A DNA stretch of 47,717 bases from an uncultured Candidatus Saccharibacteria bacterium (GCA_964593535.1 CAZQHF010000001.1:33406-81122); one strand, 5' to 3'; shown: positions 38,289 to 47,509, counted from the stretch's first letter. Translations and numbers: made by a program. Notes: generated by a model from the sequence alone, not told the origin.

Positions 38289-40019
38289 ATGGATAAAAGC
38301 AATACAAACAAAATATTCATTGGAGTCTCATGGCCATATGCAAGTGGGAAAATTCACTTAGGACATCTAGCAGGTCAAAACATTACCTGTGATGTGTTTG
38401 CACGATATCACAGATTAAAGGGTAATGAGGTATTAATGGTTTCAGGAAGCGACAGCCATGGTACCCCTATACTCTTTAAAGCACAAGAGCTTGGAATAGC
38501 ACCAGAGAAACTTGCTAAGCAATCTCACAAAGATATTAAAGAAACATTCAAAAAACTCTCTTTAATATATGAGAACTACACATCTACTACAACAGAGAAT
38601 CATAAAGAAGTTACACAGAATATCTTTTTAGTACTCAAAGAACTTGGATATCTCTATCCTAAGAAATCAAAACAATTTTTTGATGAAAAGGTAGAGAAAT
38701 TTCTTCCAGATAGATATGTAAGAGGAACATGTCCAAACTGTGGAGAACCAAATGCAAGAGGAGATGAATGTCCAACATGTGGTGCATTTCTTAAACCTAC
38801 AGATTTGATTAATCCATACAGTACACTTTCAGACACAAAACCTGTATTAAAAGAATCAGAACATTTTTATCTTGATCTTAAAAAACTAGAAAAACCTCTT
38901 TCAGAATGGATAGACAAACAAGGTATTCACTGGAGAAAATGGGTAAGAGAATTCTCAAAAGGCTGGATTAATGAAGGGCTAGAACCAAGAGAGGTAACAA
39001 GAGATATGAAATTTGGAATAGCTGTTCCAGTAGAAGGATGGGAAGACAAAGTAATATATGTATGGATGGAGGCAGTAATAGGGTATCTCTCTGCATCAAT
39101 AGAATGGGCACAAAAGAATGGAGATTCAAGTAAGTGGGAGTATTTCTGGAAAGACCCTGACTGTAAGCATTACTATTTCATCGCAGGAGGCAATGTACCT
39201 TTTCATACAATAATATGGCCAGGACAGTTAATTGCATATAACGAAAAATATACTAACGACATTTTGTGGGAGAAATACAAACTTCCTGGAGAAACAAAGA
39301 AAGAACAATTAAATCTCCCATACGATATTCCTGCAAACAAGATGCTTCTTTACAAAGGAAAGAAGATGTCAAAAAGTGATAATACTGGAATGAATGCAGA
39401 TTCTCTTCTTGAGAAATACAGTCCTGACCTTATTAGATTTTTCTTTACCAGAAACTCACCTGAAAATCATGATAGAGAGTTTGAATGGTCTGATTTTATA
39501 GAATGTAATAACAATGAGCTTGTAGCTAATATTGGCAATTTTATAAACCGAACACTTACATTTGTTAATACTAAGTTTAATAATACTATTCCTCAGGGAG
39601 AAACAGATGGTGCAGTACTAAAAAATATAAATAATGCTTTTAAGAATGTAGGAGAGTATATAGAGAAGTGTGAATTTGTAAAAGCAAGTGAAGAACTCCT
39701 TCGTCTAGGAGACTTTGCAAATAAATATTTTAATGATAAAGCTCCATGGTTATCATACAAGACCAATATTAAAGATTGTGAGAATACAATTTTTAATACT
39801 GTACAGTTAGTTAATGCATTAAGAATTCTTTTAAAGCCTTTTACACCTAACAGCTCTGAAAAGCTTAAGATTATGCTTAATATACAAGATGAATATGATC
39901 AAAATATTGATTTAGAGAAAAATGGCAAGGTAAGTAAAATACAAAATAACTGGAAGTTTACTCAAATAAATAGCGGGACTCATTTAAATACTCCAGAAAT
40001 TTTGTTTGAGAAGATATAA
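38289..40019 (+). CDS. metG: Methionine--tRNA ligase (no C-terminal tRNA-binding appendage)
   Basis: PYASGKIHLGHLAG (HIGH), zinc knuckle CPNCGEPNARGDECPTCG and KGKKMSKSDN (KMSKS). I prefer ATG 38289 (MDKSNTNKIFIG...) over TTG 38259. Confidence 0.95.
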   Translation: MDKSNTNKIFIGVSWPYASGKIHLGHLAGQNITCDVFARYHRLKGNEVLMVSGSDSHGTPILFKAQELGIAPEKLAKQSHKDIKETFKKLSLIYENYTSTTTENHKEVTQNIFLVLKELGYLYPKKSKQFFDEKVEKFLPDRYVRGTCPNCGEPNARGDECPTCGAFLKPTDLINPYSTLSDTKPVLKESEHFYLDLKKLEKPLSEWIDKQGIHWRKWVREFSKGWINEGLEPREVTRDMKFGIAVPVEGWEDKVIYVWMEAVIGYLSASIEWAQKNGDSSKWEYFWKDPDCKHYYFIAGGNVPFHTIIWPGQLIAYNEKYTNDILWEKYKLPGETKKEQLNLPYDIPANKMLLYKGKKMSKSDNTGMNADSLLEKYSPDLIRFFFTRNSPENHDREFEWSDFIECNNNELVANIGNFINRTLTFVNTKFNNTIPQGETDGAVLKNINNAFKNVGEYIEKCEFVKASEELLRLGDFANKYFNDKAPWLSYKTNIKDCENTIFNTVQLVNALRILLKPFTPNSSEKLKIMLNIQDEYDQNIDLEKNGKVSKIQNNWKFTQINSGTHLNTPEILFEKI

Positions 40020-40045
40020 CAAAGACTTCATTTTTAAAGGCGTTT

Positions 40046-40054
40046 TGATATAAT
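40046..40054 (+). promoter_or_regulatory. Extended -10 (TGaTATAAT) of the intergenic mini-gene
   Basis: ttTGATATAATatagatGGAGGTGgatATG. Confidence 0.45.
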
Positions 40055-40070
40055 ATAGATGGAGGTGGAT

Positions 40071-40217
40071 ATGACCAATTCTCTTCGTCTTTGTTTTAAA
40101 GCTGGAAAACTAACAAGTCTTTCTTCCAAAGAAGAAGAAAAAAAGAAACAGAAACCAATGTTCAATATCATAAGACAGAAAGGGAAAGGAGGTAATCCAT
40201 TCTCTAGAAAGCATTAG
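40071..40217 (+). CDS. Candidate small basic protein (48 aa), unknown function; could instead be a non-coding or leader transcript
   Basis: MTNSLRLCFKAGKLTSLSSKEEEKKKQKPMFNIIRQKGKGGNPFSRKH. GGAGGTG (40061-40067) precedes the ATG, and the ORF has its own extended -10. It was not in the ORF track because it is under 60 aa. Confidence 0.4.
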   Translation: MTNSLRLCFKAGKLTSLSSKEEEKKKQKPMFNIIRQKGKGGNPFSRKH

Positions 40218-40233
40218 ATGTTTTAATGCTTTC
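40207..40233 (+). other. Perfect 10-bp hairpin enclosing the stop codon of the mini-ORF
   Basis: GAAAGCATTA (40207-40216) / TAATGCTTTC (40224-40233) with loop GATGTTT. No U-tract follows on either strand. Confidence 0.6.
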
Positions 40234-40236
40234 CCA

Positions 40237-40313
40237 ATGGAGAGAGTCTATAAATATTAATATTTGTTTTTTAAATATTAATATTTACGATTTCTATCGC
40301 TGACTCTCTCCAT
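40237..40313. repeat. 77-nt element bounded by 12-bp inverted repeats and containing two identical 14-bp AT palindromes plus a short hairpin
   Basis: ATGGAGAGAGTC (40237-40248) / GACTCTCTCCAT (40302-40313). AAATATTAATATTT occurs at 40252-40265 and again at 40273-40286 (21-nt period). CGAT-TTCT-ATCG lies at 40288-40299. Confidence 0.7.
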
Positions 40314-40332
40314 CTTCTTTCCATTGAAGTAT

Positions 40333-42570
40333 TTATATCTGCTGACTCATTAAAAGCCCTTCTGCAAGGTGCAACCTTACTAACTCCTGCCATACAGATT
40401 CTGTAACAAAAGGAACAAAAGGATGCATAATCATTAAGTTCCTTTTTAAAATGTATAATAGCTCTGAAAGCTTCTCAATTCTCTTCTCAGAACCAATACC
40501 CTCATCTTTAATTTCTTTTTTAACCTCTTCTATCCACACATCACAAAGCTGATGCCAGAAAAACTCCCTTATTGCTTCGGCACCAAGATTAAACTGATAC
40601 TTTTCAATATACTTACTTACCCTTTGTATATGTTTCTCTGTCATCTTTACTCTTTCAAGATTCATATCTACTTCAAAATTAGCAATTCTCTCTATCTCGC
40701 TTTCATCAATATTTAAGATGATAAATCTACTTGCATTCCATATCTTGTTTACAAAATTTCTATTTCCCTTTATCTTTTCTTCTCTTAAAGGAGCATTTGA
40801 ACCAGGAAGAGCATCAGAGTAATACCAAAGTCTAAGAGCATCTGCTCCATATTTATCAAATACTTCTTGAGGCTCAACTCCATTTCCCTTGCTCTTAGAC
40901 ATCTTTGAACCATCAGAAGCTAAAATCATCCCTGTTAAAAAGATTGTATTGAAAGGAACCTGTCCTGTTCTATATATTCCAAGCATAAGCATTCTAGCAG
41001 ACCACCAAAAAAGAATATCTCTTGCATGAATCATTGTTTGTGTAGGATAGTATTTCTTAAAATCCTCTCCCTGAGGCCCTCCTAGTGTAGAAAACGGCCA
41101 CTGTCCAGAACTAAACCATGTATCAAATACATCACTTTCAGCCTCCCACACATCATCTATTTCAGGTGGCTCCTCCCCTATATATATGCTTCCATCACCT
41201 TTTACCTTAATATCAAACTCTTTTTCAAAATCCTTAACTGTCTTTCCTTTGTTTTCATTTAACCAATCATAAAGCTTTTTACCTCCACTGTACCATACAG
41301 GAATTCTTTGACCCCACCATAACTGTCTTGAAATACACCAAGGCTTAATATTTTCAAAGAAAAACTCCAATGCTTTCTGTTGACCATGAGGAATTACTTT
41401 AACATCACCATTTTTAAGTGCCCCAAGAGCCTTCTGTGCTAAATTATCTACATTAACAAACCACTGATTTGAAATTATCGGCTCAACAGGAGTACCACAC
41501 CTCTCACATACAGCTACATCATGTTTAATGTTTTGAATATCTTCGAGCAGACCAAGTTTATCTAAATCCTCACAAAGCTGTTTTGAACAGGTAATAGTAT
41601 CCATTCCTTTATACTTCTCAGGAATGTCTCCTGTCATTTTTCCATCTTCATTAATAACATTAATAATTTCAAGCCCATGTTTTTTACCTAAATCAAAATC
41701 AATAGGCGAATGTGCAGGAGTTACTTTAAGAACACCAGTTCCTACCTCCATATCAATACTTTCATCTGCAATAACTGGGATCTCTTTATTTTGTATTGGA
41801 AGTAAAACTTTTTTCCCAACATATTTTTTATACCTCTCATCCTTAGGATTTACTGCAACAGCACTATCTCCAAGCATTGTTTCAGGTCTTGTAGTTGCAA
41901 CCATTATATATTCATCCTTACTTCCAACAACAGGGTACTTTATATATGCAAATATTCCTCTTCTTTCTTCATGTTCTGTATCAATATCTGCCAATGCAGT
42001 CTTACAATTAGGACAAACATTTACTATCCTTTTATCTCTGTATACTAATCCATCTTTAAACAACATTTCAAAAGTCTCATATACAACCTTTGTAAGTCTT
42101 GGATCTAATGTGAAAAATTCTCTGCTGTAATCAGCACTAAGCCCAATATTTTTCTCTTGATTCCTTGCATTAGATGCATTCTTCATACAAAAGTCATAAC
42201 ACTGCTTAAAGAATTCTTCTCTTCCCATCTCCCATTTACTTTTACCCTGTTTCTCAAGCTCTGCACTAAAAGCAGTTTCTGTTTGAATACCAGCATGATC
42301 CTTCCCAGGAAGAAGAAGTGTAGGATGCCCTGTCATTCTCATATATCTCCCTATTGCATCATGAAAGGAATAACCACACATATGCCCAAGATGTAAATTC
42401 CCGTTTGCATTAGGAGGAGGAAGAGATATTGTAAAAGTTTTTTTTACTTCAACCTTCTTCTCTTTTAAGAAATTTCCCATATTGTCAGGATTAAACAATC
42501 CCGATTCTTCCCAAAGAGAATATATCTCTCTTTCTTCCTGTTGAAATGTTTTTGAAATATCGTCCTTCAT
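40333..42570 (-). CDS. valS: Valine--tRNA ligase (short, 745 aa)
   Basis: PPPNANGNLHLGHM (HIGH), KMSKSKGN, and an editing-domain core TTRPETMLGDSAVAVNP. Confidence 0.95.
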   Translation of the reverse strand: MKDDISKTFQQEEREIYSLWEESGLFNPDNMGNFLKEKKVEVKKTFTISLPPPNANGNLHLGHMCGYSFHDAIGRYMRMTGHPTLLLPGKDHAGIQTETAFSAELEKQGKSKWEMGREEFFKQCYDFCMKNASNARNQEKNIGLSADYSREFFTLDPRLTKVVYETFEMLFKDGLVYRDKRIVNVCPNCKTALADIDTEHEERRGIFAYIKYPVVGSKDEYIMVATTRPETMLGDSAVAVNPKDERYKKYVGKKVLLPIQNKEIPVIADESIDMEVGTGVLKVTPAHSPIDFDLGKKHGLEIINVINEDGKMTGDIPEKYKGMDTITCSKQLCEDLDKLGLLEDIQNIKHDVAVCERCGTPVEPIISNQWFVNVDNLAQKALGALKNGDVKVIPHGQQKALEFFFENIKPWCISRQLWWGQRIPVWYSGGKKLYDWLNENKGKTVKDFEKEFDIKVKGDGSIYIGEEPPEIDDVWEAESDVFDTWFSSGQWPFSTLGGPQGEDFKKYYPTQTMIHARDILFWWSARMLMLGIYRTGQVPFNTIFLTGMILASDGSKMSKSKGNGVEPQEVFDKYGADALRLWYYSDALPGSNAPLREEKIKGNRNFVNKIWNASRFIILNIDESEIERIANFEVDMNLERVKMTEKHIQRVSKYIEKYQFNLGAEAIREFFWHQLCDVWIEEVKKEIKDEGIGSEKRIEKLSELLYILKRNLMIMHPFVPFVTESVWQELVRLHLAEGLLMSQQI

Positions 42571-42582
42571 TTTTCTTGATGT

Positions 42583-42591
42583 ATTATACCA
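42583..42591 (-). promoter_or_regulatory. Candidate extended -10 (TGGTATAAT) 12 nt before the valS ATG
   Basis: The minus strand reads gcTGGTATAATacatcaagaaaaATG. Confidence 0.4.
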
Positions 42592-42636
42592 GCCATTGTT
42601 AATTTTACATACTTTTAATCTAATTTACATATATTC

Positions 42637-42645
42637 TGGTATAAT
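42637..42645 (+). promoter_or_regulatory. Candidate extended -10 (TGGTATAAT) 8 nt before the RNase J ATG
   Basis: tcTGGTATAATgagagattATG. Confidence 0.4.
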
Positions 42646-42653
42646 GAGAGATT

Positions 42654-44348
42654 ATGAAAACAAAACAAAACAAATTTAAAAATCAAAATCTTAAAGTATG
42701 TACCCTATCAGGAACTACAGAGATAGGGAGAAATTGTAACTTCATTGAAGTTGATAATGAGATAGTTGTAGTTGATGCAGGATACTCATTTCCTGGGGTA
42801 GAGATGTATGGGGTAGATTACTTAATACCTAACCTTCAATATTTAAAGAAGAACAAAAAGAGGGTAAAAGCAATACTAATAACCCATGGACATTTAGACC
42901 ACACAGGAGCTCTAAAATGGATGCTGCCAGAATTAGATTTTCCTCCCATATATGCAGGCTCTTTTGCTAAGGCCTTGATAGAACACAAATTAGAGGAAGA
43001 AGGATTAAAGAACAAAACAAAAATTTACGGGGTTGATAGACATACTACAATTAATATTGGAAAAAGCTTTAGGGTTACATTTATAGGGATTAACCATAGT
43101 ATTCCTGATGCTTTCTCCATATTTATTGAAACTCCTAAAGAAAATGTCTTTTTCTCTGGGGACTACAAAATAGATACACAGCCTACAAATGAGCTTGAAG
43201 CAGATTATGCAAAGCTAAGGTCATTGAGAGGGAAAATAGATCTTGCATTAATGGAAAGTACTAATGCTTCAAAGACGGGAAAGGCTCCTTCTGAGACAGA
43301 GATATTTGCAAACCTTGAGAATATTATTAAAGATGCAAGTGGAAGAGTAATTGTTGCTGCATTCTCTTCTCTTTTAACAAGACTTTACGCTTTGTTTGAA
43401 ATAGCGAAGAAAACAAACAGAAAGATTGTAATATCTGGAAGAAGCTTACAAGAAACTATCTCTATTGCAAGCAAACAAGGATATATAAAAATACCGGAAG
43501 GGCTTGTAATTAAAGAAAAAGATATTCAGAAATATAGCGATAACCAGCTCCTCCTTCTTTGTACAGGAAGCCAAGGAGAGAGATTCTCCTCATTAAACAG
43601 AATATCTTTAAGTGAACATAAATATGTCAAAATTAAAAAGGGAGATTTAGTAATAATGTCTTCTTCTGAAATCCCTGAGAATGTATCTGCTATTGAAAAA
43701 ATGACTGACAGACTAATTGCTCTTGGTGCTGATTTAATTAAAGACACAATAGAGGTAAAAATTCATTCAACAGGACATGGGAATCAAGATGATATGAAAA
43801 TAATGTTTGATTTAATACAGCCAAGAGTTGTTATGCCTGTACACGGCCCTCTTACTTTTAGATACTTCAATAAAAAGAACTATATATCATGGGGTATGAA
43901 AGAAGAAAATGTCCTACTTACAGATGACGGAGTAGTATGGGCATTTAATGGAAACCGTTGGTACAAAGATGGTTCAGTAGAATCTAGACCTATTTTAATA
44001 GATGGTCTTGGAGTAGGTGATACAGGAGAAATAGTTCTAAAAGACAGAAAACAGCTTTCAGAGTATGGTATGTTTATCATCGTTATTAACCTTAGTACAA
44101 ACACTCACAGATTAATGGGTAATCCTCAGTTTGTATCCAGAGGCTTCATATATATGAAAAAGTCCCAGGAACTTCTTAAAGAGATAAAAACCATAATATA
44201 TGATGTACATAGAGATTGGATGAGCATATCTAAGAAAAACAACAACTATGATTACAAGGAACTTAAAGCTAAAATGGAGAAAGCAAGTAGCAAGTATATA
44301 TATAAGAAAACTGAAAGAGAGCCTATTATCCAAATTGTTGTTGTATAA
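42654..44348 (+). CDS. rnj: Ribonuclease J (metallo-beta-lactamase / beta-CASP)
   Basis: ILITHGHLDHTGAL (HxHxDH), beta-CASP region and C-terminal domain. 564 aa. Confidence 0.9.
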   Translation: MKTKQNKFKNQNLKVCTLSGTTEIGRNCNFIEVDNEIVVVDAGYSFPGVEMYGVDYLIPNLQYLKKNKKRVKAILITHGHLDHTGALKWMLPELDFPPIYAGSFAKALIEHKLEEEGLKNKTKIYGVDRHTTINIGKSFRVTFIGINHSIPDAFSIFIETPKENVFFSGDYKIDTQPTNELEADYAKLRSLRGKIDLALMESTNASKTGKAPSETEIFANLENIIKDASGRVIVAAFSSLLTRLYALFEIAKKTNRKIVISGRSLQETISIASKQGYIKIPEGLVIKEKDIQKYSDNQLLLLCTGSQGERFSSLNRISLSEHKYVKIKKGDLVIMSSSEIPENVSAIEKMTDRLIALGADLIKDTIEVKIHSTGHGNQDDMKIMFDLIQPRVVMPVHGPLTFRYFNKKNYISWGMKEENVLLTDDGVVWAFNGNRWYKDGSVESRPILIDGLGVGDTGEIVLKDRKQLSEYGMFIIVINLSTNTHRLMGNPQFVSRGFIYMKKSQELLKEIKTIIYDVHRDWMSISKKNNNYDYKELKAKMEKASSKYIYKKTEREPIIQIVVV

Positions 44349-44362
44349 TTAATAGGCATTGA

Positions 44363-44371
44363 TGATATAAT
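44363..44371 (+). promoter_or_regulatory. Candidate extended -10 (TGaTATAAT) 8 nt before ATG 44380
   Basis: gaTGATATAATtaaaaagtATG. Confidence 0.4.
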
Positions 44372-44379
44372 TAAAAAGT

Positions 44380-45636
44380 ATGATAAAACTGCCGTTAAAA
44401 AAATCATTAGGAAGATCCCTTCTTGATGGAAATACTCCAATAGTCGCACTTGATATAGGAACGGAAACAGTAAAAAGTATTCTGTTTACCATGAATGACT
44501 ATGGTGTTACTGTAAATAAAGTATCACGAATACAACAGCAACAACATGCAATGCGAAGTGGAATAATTACAAACTTAGATACAGTTCTTGAAAACTGCAA
44601 ACTTTCAATTAACGAGTTACTTACCAATCTTAAACCAGAAGAGTTTCCAAGATATGTAATGATGGGTATAGCAGGAGAGTATGTACAGGGAGTATCAATA
44701 GTTGTTAACTATGAAAGAGAGCAGCATTTTGAAAAAGAGGTAACTCAAAAGGAGCAGGAAAAGATAATAAAGGAGGTAAAATCTCAAATTGCAGTAACAG
44801 GCAAAGATGACCTAAGTTTAAGAACAGGTCTGAAAAATGATGATATAGAGATACTGCATATAACACCAACAGGTATGGAAATAGGCGGAATGCCTGTAAA
44901 CTCTCTTGTAGGATATAAAGGAAGGAATGTAAAACTTAACTTTTACGCATCTTTTGCTCCAAGAACATATACAGAAGCTCTTAGAAAGGTCGCTTCTTCT
45001 CTTAATTTTGAAGTTCTTGGTATTGTATCTCAGCCATTTGCAGTTGCAAGAGCTCACTCAGGAGGAAGAAATACAAATTTCTCAGCAATATTCCTTGATA
45101 TAGGAGGAGGAACTACAGATGTTGCAATTGTTAAAAATGGTAATGTTGCAGATACTCAGATGTTTGCATTTGGAGGAAGGGTATTTACAAAAGAACTTGC
45201 AAGACTTACTGATTCTGATTTCAGGCATGCAGAGTTAAGAAAGATAAAATACTCTCAAAAAGAATTACCAAAAGAAGTAATGAGACAGGTTCAAAAGACC
45301 ATGTATACAACAGCAACACTGTGGATGAGAACATTAAAAGCTGCTCTTGAAAGCTGTGAAGATGCAGGGCCGCTTCCTACACAAATATATCTTTGCGGAG
45401 GTGGTGCACTATTACCTGATATTAAAAGTGCATTAATGGAGTTTCCTTGGAAAAGATACCTCCCTATTGCAGTTGTACCAAAGATAGAAATGTTTACACC
45501 TGACTTGCTTGGATCTGTAACTGATAATAGTGGAGATTTACAATATATATATGATATAACACCTGCTTCACTAGCAAAATTCCTGTATGATATGGAAATA
45601 GATAGAGAAACTAAAAATATAAATTGGGAAGTATAA
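44380..45636 (+). CDS. ftsA: FtsA/PilM-family actin-like ATPase, most like cell division protein FtsA
   Basis: IVALDIGTETVKS (phosphate 1), an SHS2-like insert ILHITPTGMEIGGMPVNSLVGYKGRNVKLNFYASF, VSQPFAVARA and FLDIGGGTTDVAIV (phosphate 2). Confidence 0.6.
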   Translation: MIKLPLKKSLGRSLLDGNTPIVALDIGTETVKSILFTMNDYGVTVNKVSRIQQQQHAMRSGIITNLDTVLENCKLSINELLTNLKPEEFPRYVMMGIAGEYVQGVSIVVNYEREQHFEKEVTQKEQEKIIKEVKSQIAVTGKDDLSLRTGLKNDDIEILHITPTGMEIGGMPVNSLVGYKGRNVKLNFYASFAPRTYTEALRKVASSLNFEVLGIVSQPFAVARAHSGGRNTNFSAIFLDIGGGTTDVAIVKNGNVADTQMFAFGGRVFTKELARLTDSDFRHAELRKIKYSQKELPKEVMRQVQKTMYTTATLWMRTLKAALESCEDAGPLPTQIYLCGGGALLPDIKSALMEFPWKRYLPIAVVPKIEMFTPDLLGSVTDNSGDLQYIYDITPASLAKFLYDMEIDRETKNINWEV

Positions 45637-45637
45637 T

Positions 45638-47509
45638 ATGGAAGACAATACAATTATAGAAAAAATAGTAGTAGAACCATCTCATGAACTAACAGATTTA
45701 GTTAGGGCTATTCATAAAAGTAATGCAGAAAGAATAATTCTTACATTTACAGAACATTCAGATATTTTAATAAGCCCTATTAATCTAAGGGTCTTAAATG
45801 AGACAGCAGAAAGAGAAGGGAAGCTCATCATAACTCAAATAATTCAAAATCCAACAGGTATTAGAAACTCACTTTTGGCAGGAATTAAAGCAATTGATTC
45901 TCCATCTAATCCTACAGCAGATGATTGGCAAGAGGCAGCTGAAATGTTAGAAAAGAAGAAAAAAGAACTGCTTGAGAGAAAGAAGACTTTAAAAAACATT
46001 TCTGCTATTAAAGAAAATGAGAGTGAAGCTTTTGAAGAGAAAGTGGAAAGTGTTATAGAAAAAGCAAGTGAAGAAGTTAAAAAAACGGAAACTCCCAAAG
46101 AAGGTGTGATGAGTCAATATGTAGATAGGAGAGGGCTTAAAACTTCCTCCCCCTTTATTTCTATTGATCAAGATATCCCTAAGATAGAGAAAGATATAAT
46201 TACTGAAAATATCCAGAGCGAACCTAAAAAGGAAAAACTTAAATTCTTTAAATTTAAACCTCCCTTTAATCGAAACAATAACATCCCTACTGATGGTAAA
46301 AAGAAAATATCAAAAACTTTCTTAAAGATTATTCTTCCTCTATTTGCTTTATTAATAATAGGTGGAATCCTTTATAATCATTTTGGAACATTTGTAAAAG
46401 TAAAAATATTTGTTGAATCAAAGCCTGTTAAAATTGAAACTGTACTGTCAGGTGATGAGAATGTAGAAGAGATAGATTTTGAAAATTCTAAAATACCGAT
46501 TAAAACAGAAGAGAAAAGTAAAAGCCTATCTAATACTATTACTGCAACAGGAAAGGCATACAAGGGAGAAAAGGCAGAAGGAAAGATAAATATATATTTC
46601 TCAGCAGAGTGTACAGAAGAAACACAGCCAATTACACTTGAGGCTGGTCACACTTTGACTACAACAATTGATGGGAAATCCTTATTATATAAATTAAAAG
46701 ATGGAGTTACCATAAAGTGTAGTGAGATTCTGTCAGGTAAAGAGGTCTCTGTTATAGCAATTGATTTTGGCAAAGAATATAATATATCAACTTTAAATAA
46801 AAGCTTTACAATACAAGGATATACAGATATCTTTGGTAAAAATACTACCACTATTTCAGGAGGAACTGAGGAAGAATATACTGTTCTTTCACAGGGGGAT
46901 ATAGATAAGGGGGTAGAGGAGTTAAGCTCTACTGCAATTGAGGAAATAAAGTCAGAGTTAAGAGAGGTATCAGGTGATTGGGTGATTATAGAGGATACTA
47001 TACTTAGTGCCGTTGATAAGACAAGTATCAAAACAGATAAAAAGGTCGGAGAGGAGGCTACTGATGTTAATTTAGATCTTACTGTAAAGGGTTCTGCCAC
47101 TTATTACAACAAGCATAATCTTAATGAGAAAGTAAAAGAGCTTCTTAAGAAGAAAGCTGAGGATGAGAAGTTGTTTGATAATGAGAATGATCTTGATTTA
47201 GAACTTAATGAAGATATTAAAACTGATATTTCTGTTGTTGAGGCTGAAAAGGATTCAATAAAGATTAAGATTGTAGCAAGTTCTACTGTTAAACCTAAGA
47301 TAAATAAAGATAAGATTGCACAGGATTTAATGGGTATGGGATGGAAAGATGGTATTGAGTATCTAAGTAGTTTACAGTTTGCTGAAAAGAAACCTGAGGC
47401 TGTATTTTATCCTGAGAAATACCCAACATTCTTAAAGAGATTTCCTGATAGAAAGGGGGGAGTGTTAATAGAAATTAAAGAGGTAGAGGTTGCTCAGGAA
47501 AATAATTAA
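45638..47509 (+). CDS. Large bitopic membrane protein of unknown function (cytoplasmic N-domain, charged linker, TM helix, roughly 380-aa external beta-rich domain)
   Basis: 623 aa. It starts 1 nt after the FtsA-like stop. The TM helix is FLKIILPLFALLIIGGILY. The external segment GKAYKGEKAEGKINIYFSAE...LEAGHTLTT recalls proteins annotated as baseplate J/gp47-like, from memory only. Confidence 0.55.
   Translation: MEDNTIIEKIVVEPSHELTDLVRAIHKSNAERIILTFTEHSDILISPINLRVLNETAEREGKLIITQIIQNPTGIRNSLLAGIKAIDSPSNPTADDWQEAAEMLEKKKKELLERKKTLKNISAIKENESEAFEEKVESVIEKASEEVKKTETPKEGVMSQYVDRRGLKTSSPFISIDQDIPKIEKDIITENIQSEPKKEKLKFFKFKPPFNRNNNIPTDGKKKISKTFLKIILPLFALLIIGGILYNHFGTFVKVKIFVESKPVKIETVLSGDENVEEIDFENSKIPIKTEEKSKSLSNTITATGKAYKGEKAEGKINIYFSAECTEETQPITLEAGHTLTTTIDGKSLLYKLKDGVTIKCSEILSGKEVSVIAIDFGKEYNISTLNKSFTIQGYTDIFGKNTTTISGGTEEEYTVLSQGDIDKGVEELSSTAIEEIKSELREVSGDWVIIEDTILSAVDKTSIKTDKKVGEEATDVNLDLTVKGSATYYNKHNLNEKVKELLKKKAEDEKLFDNENDLDLELNEDIKTDISVVEAEKDSIKIKIVASSTVKPKINKDKIAQDLMGMGWKDGIEYLSSLQFAEKKPEAVFYPEKYPTFLKRFPDRKGGVLIEIKEVEVAQENN

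Noticed and set aside
40251-40286. The 15-nt direct repeat TAAATATTAATATTT, present twice, considered as a possible mini CRISPR array.
   Set aside because: There are only two copies, and the repeat is too short and AT-palindromic. The spacer is 6 nt and no cas genes are present. It is reported instead as part of the inverted-repeat element.
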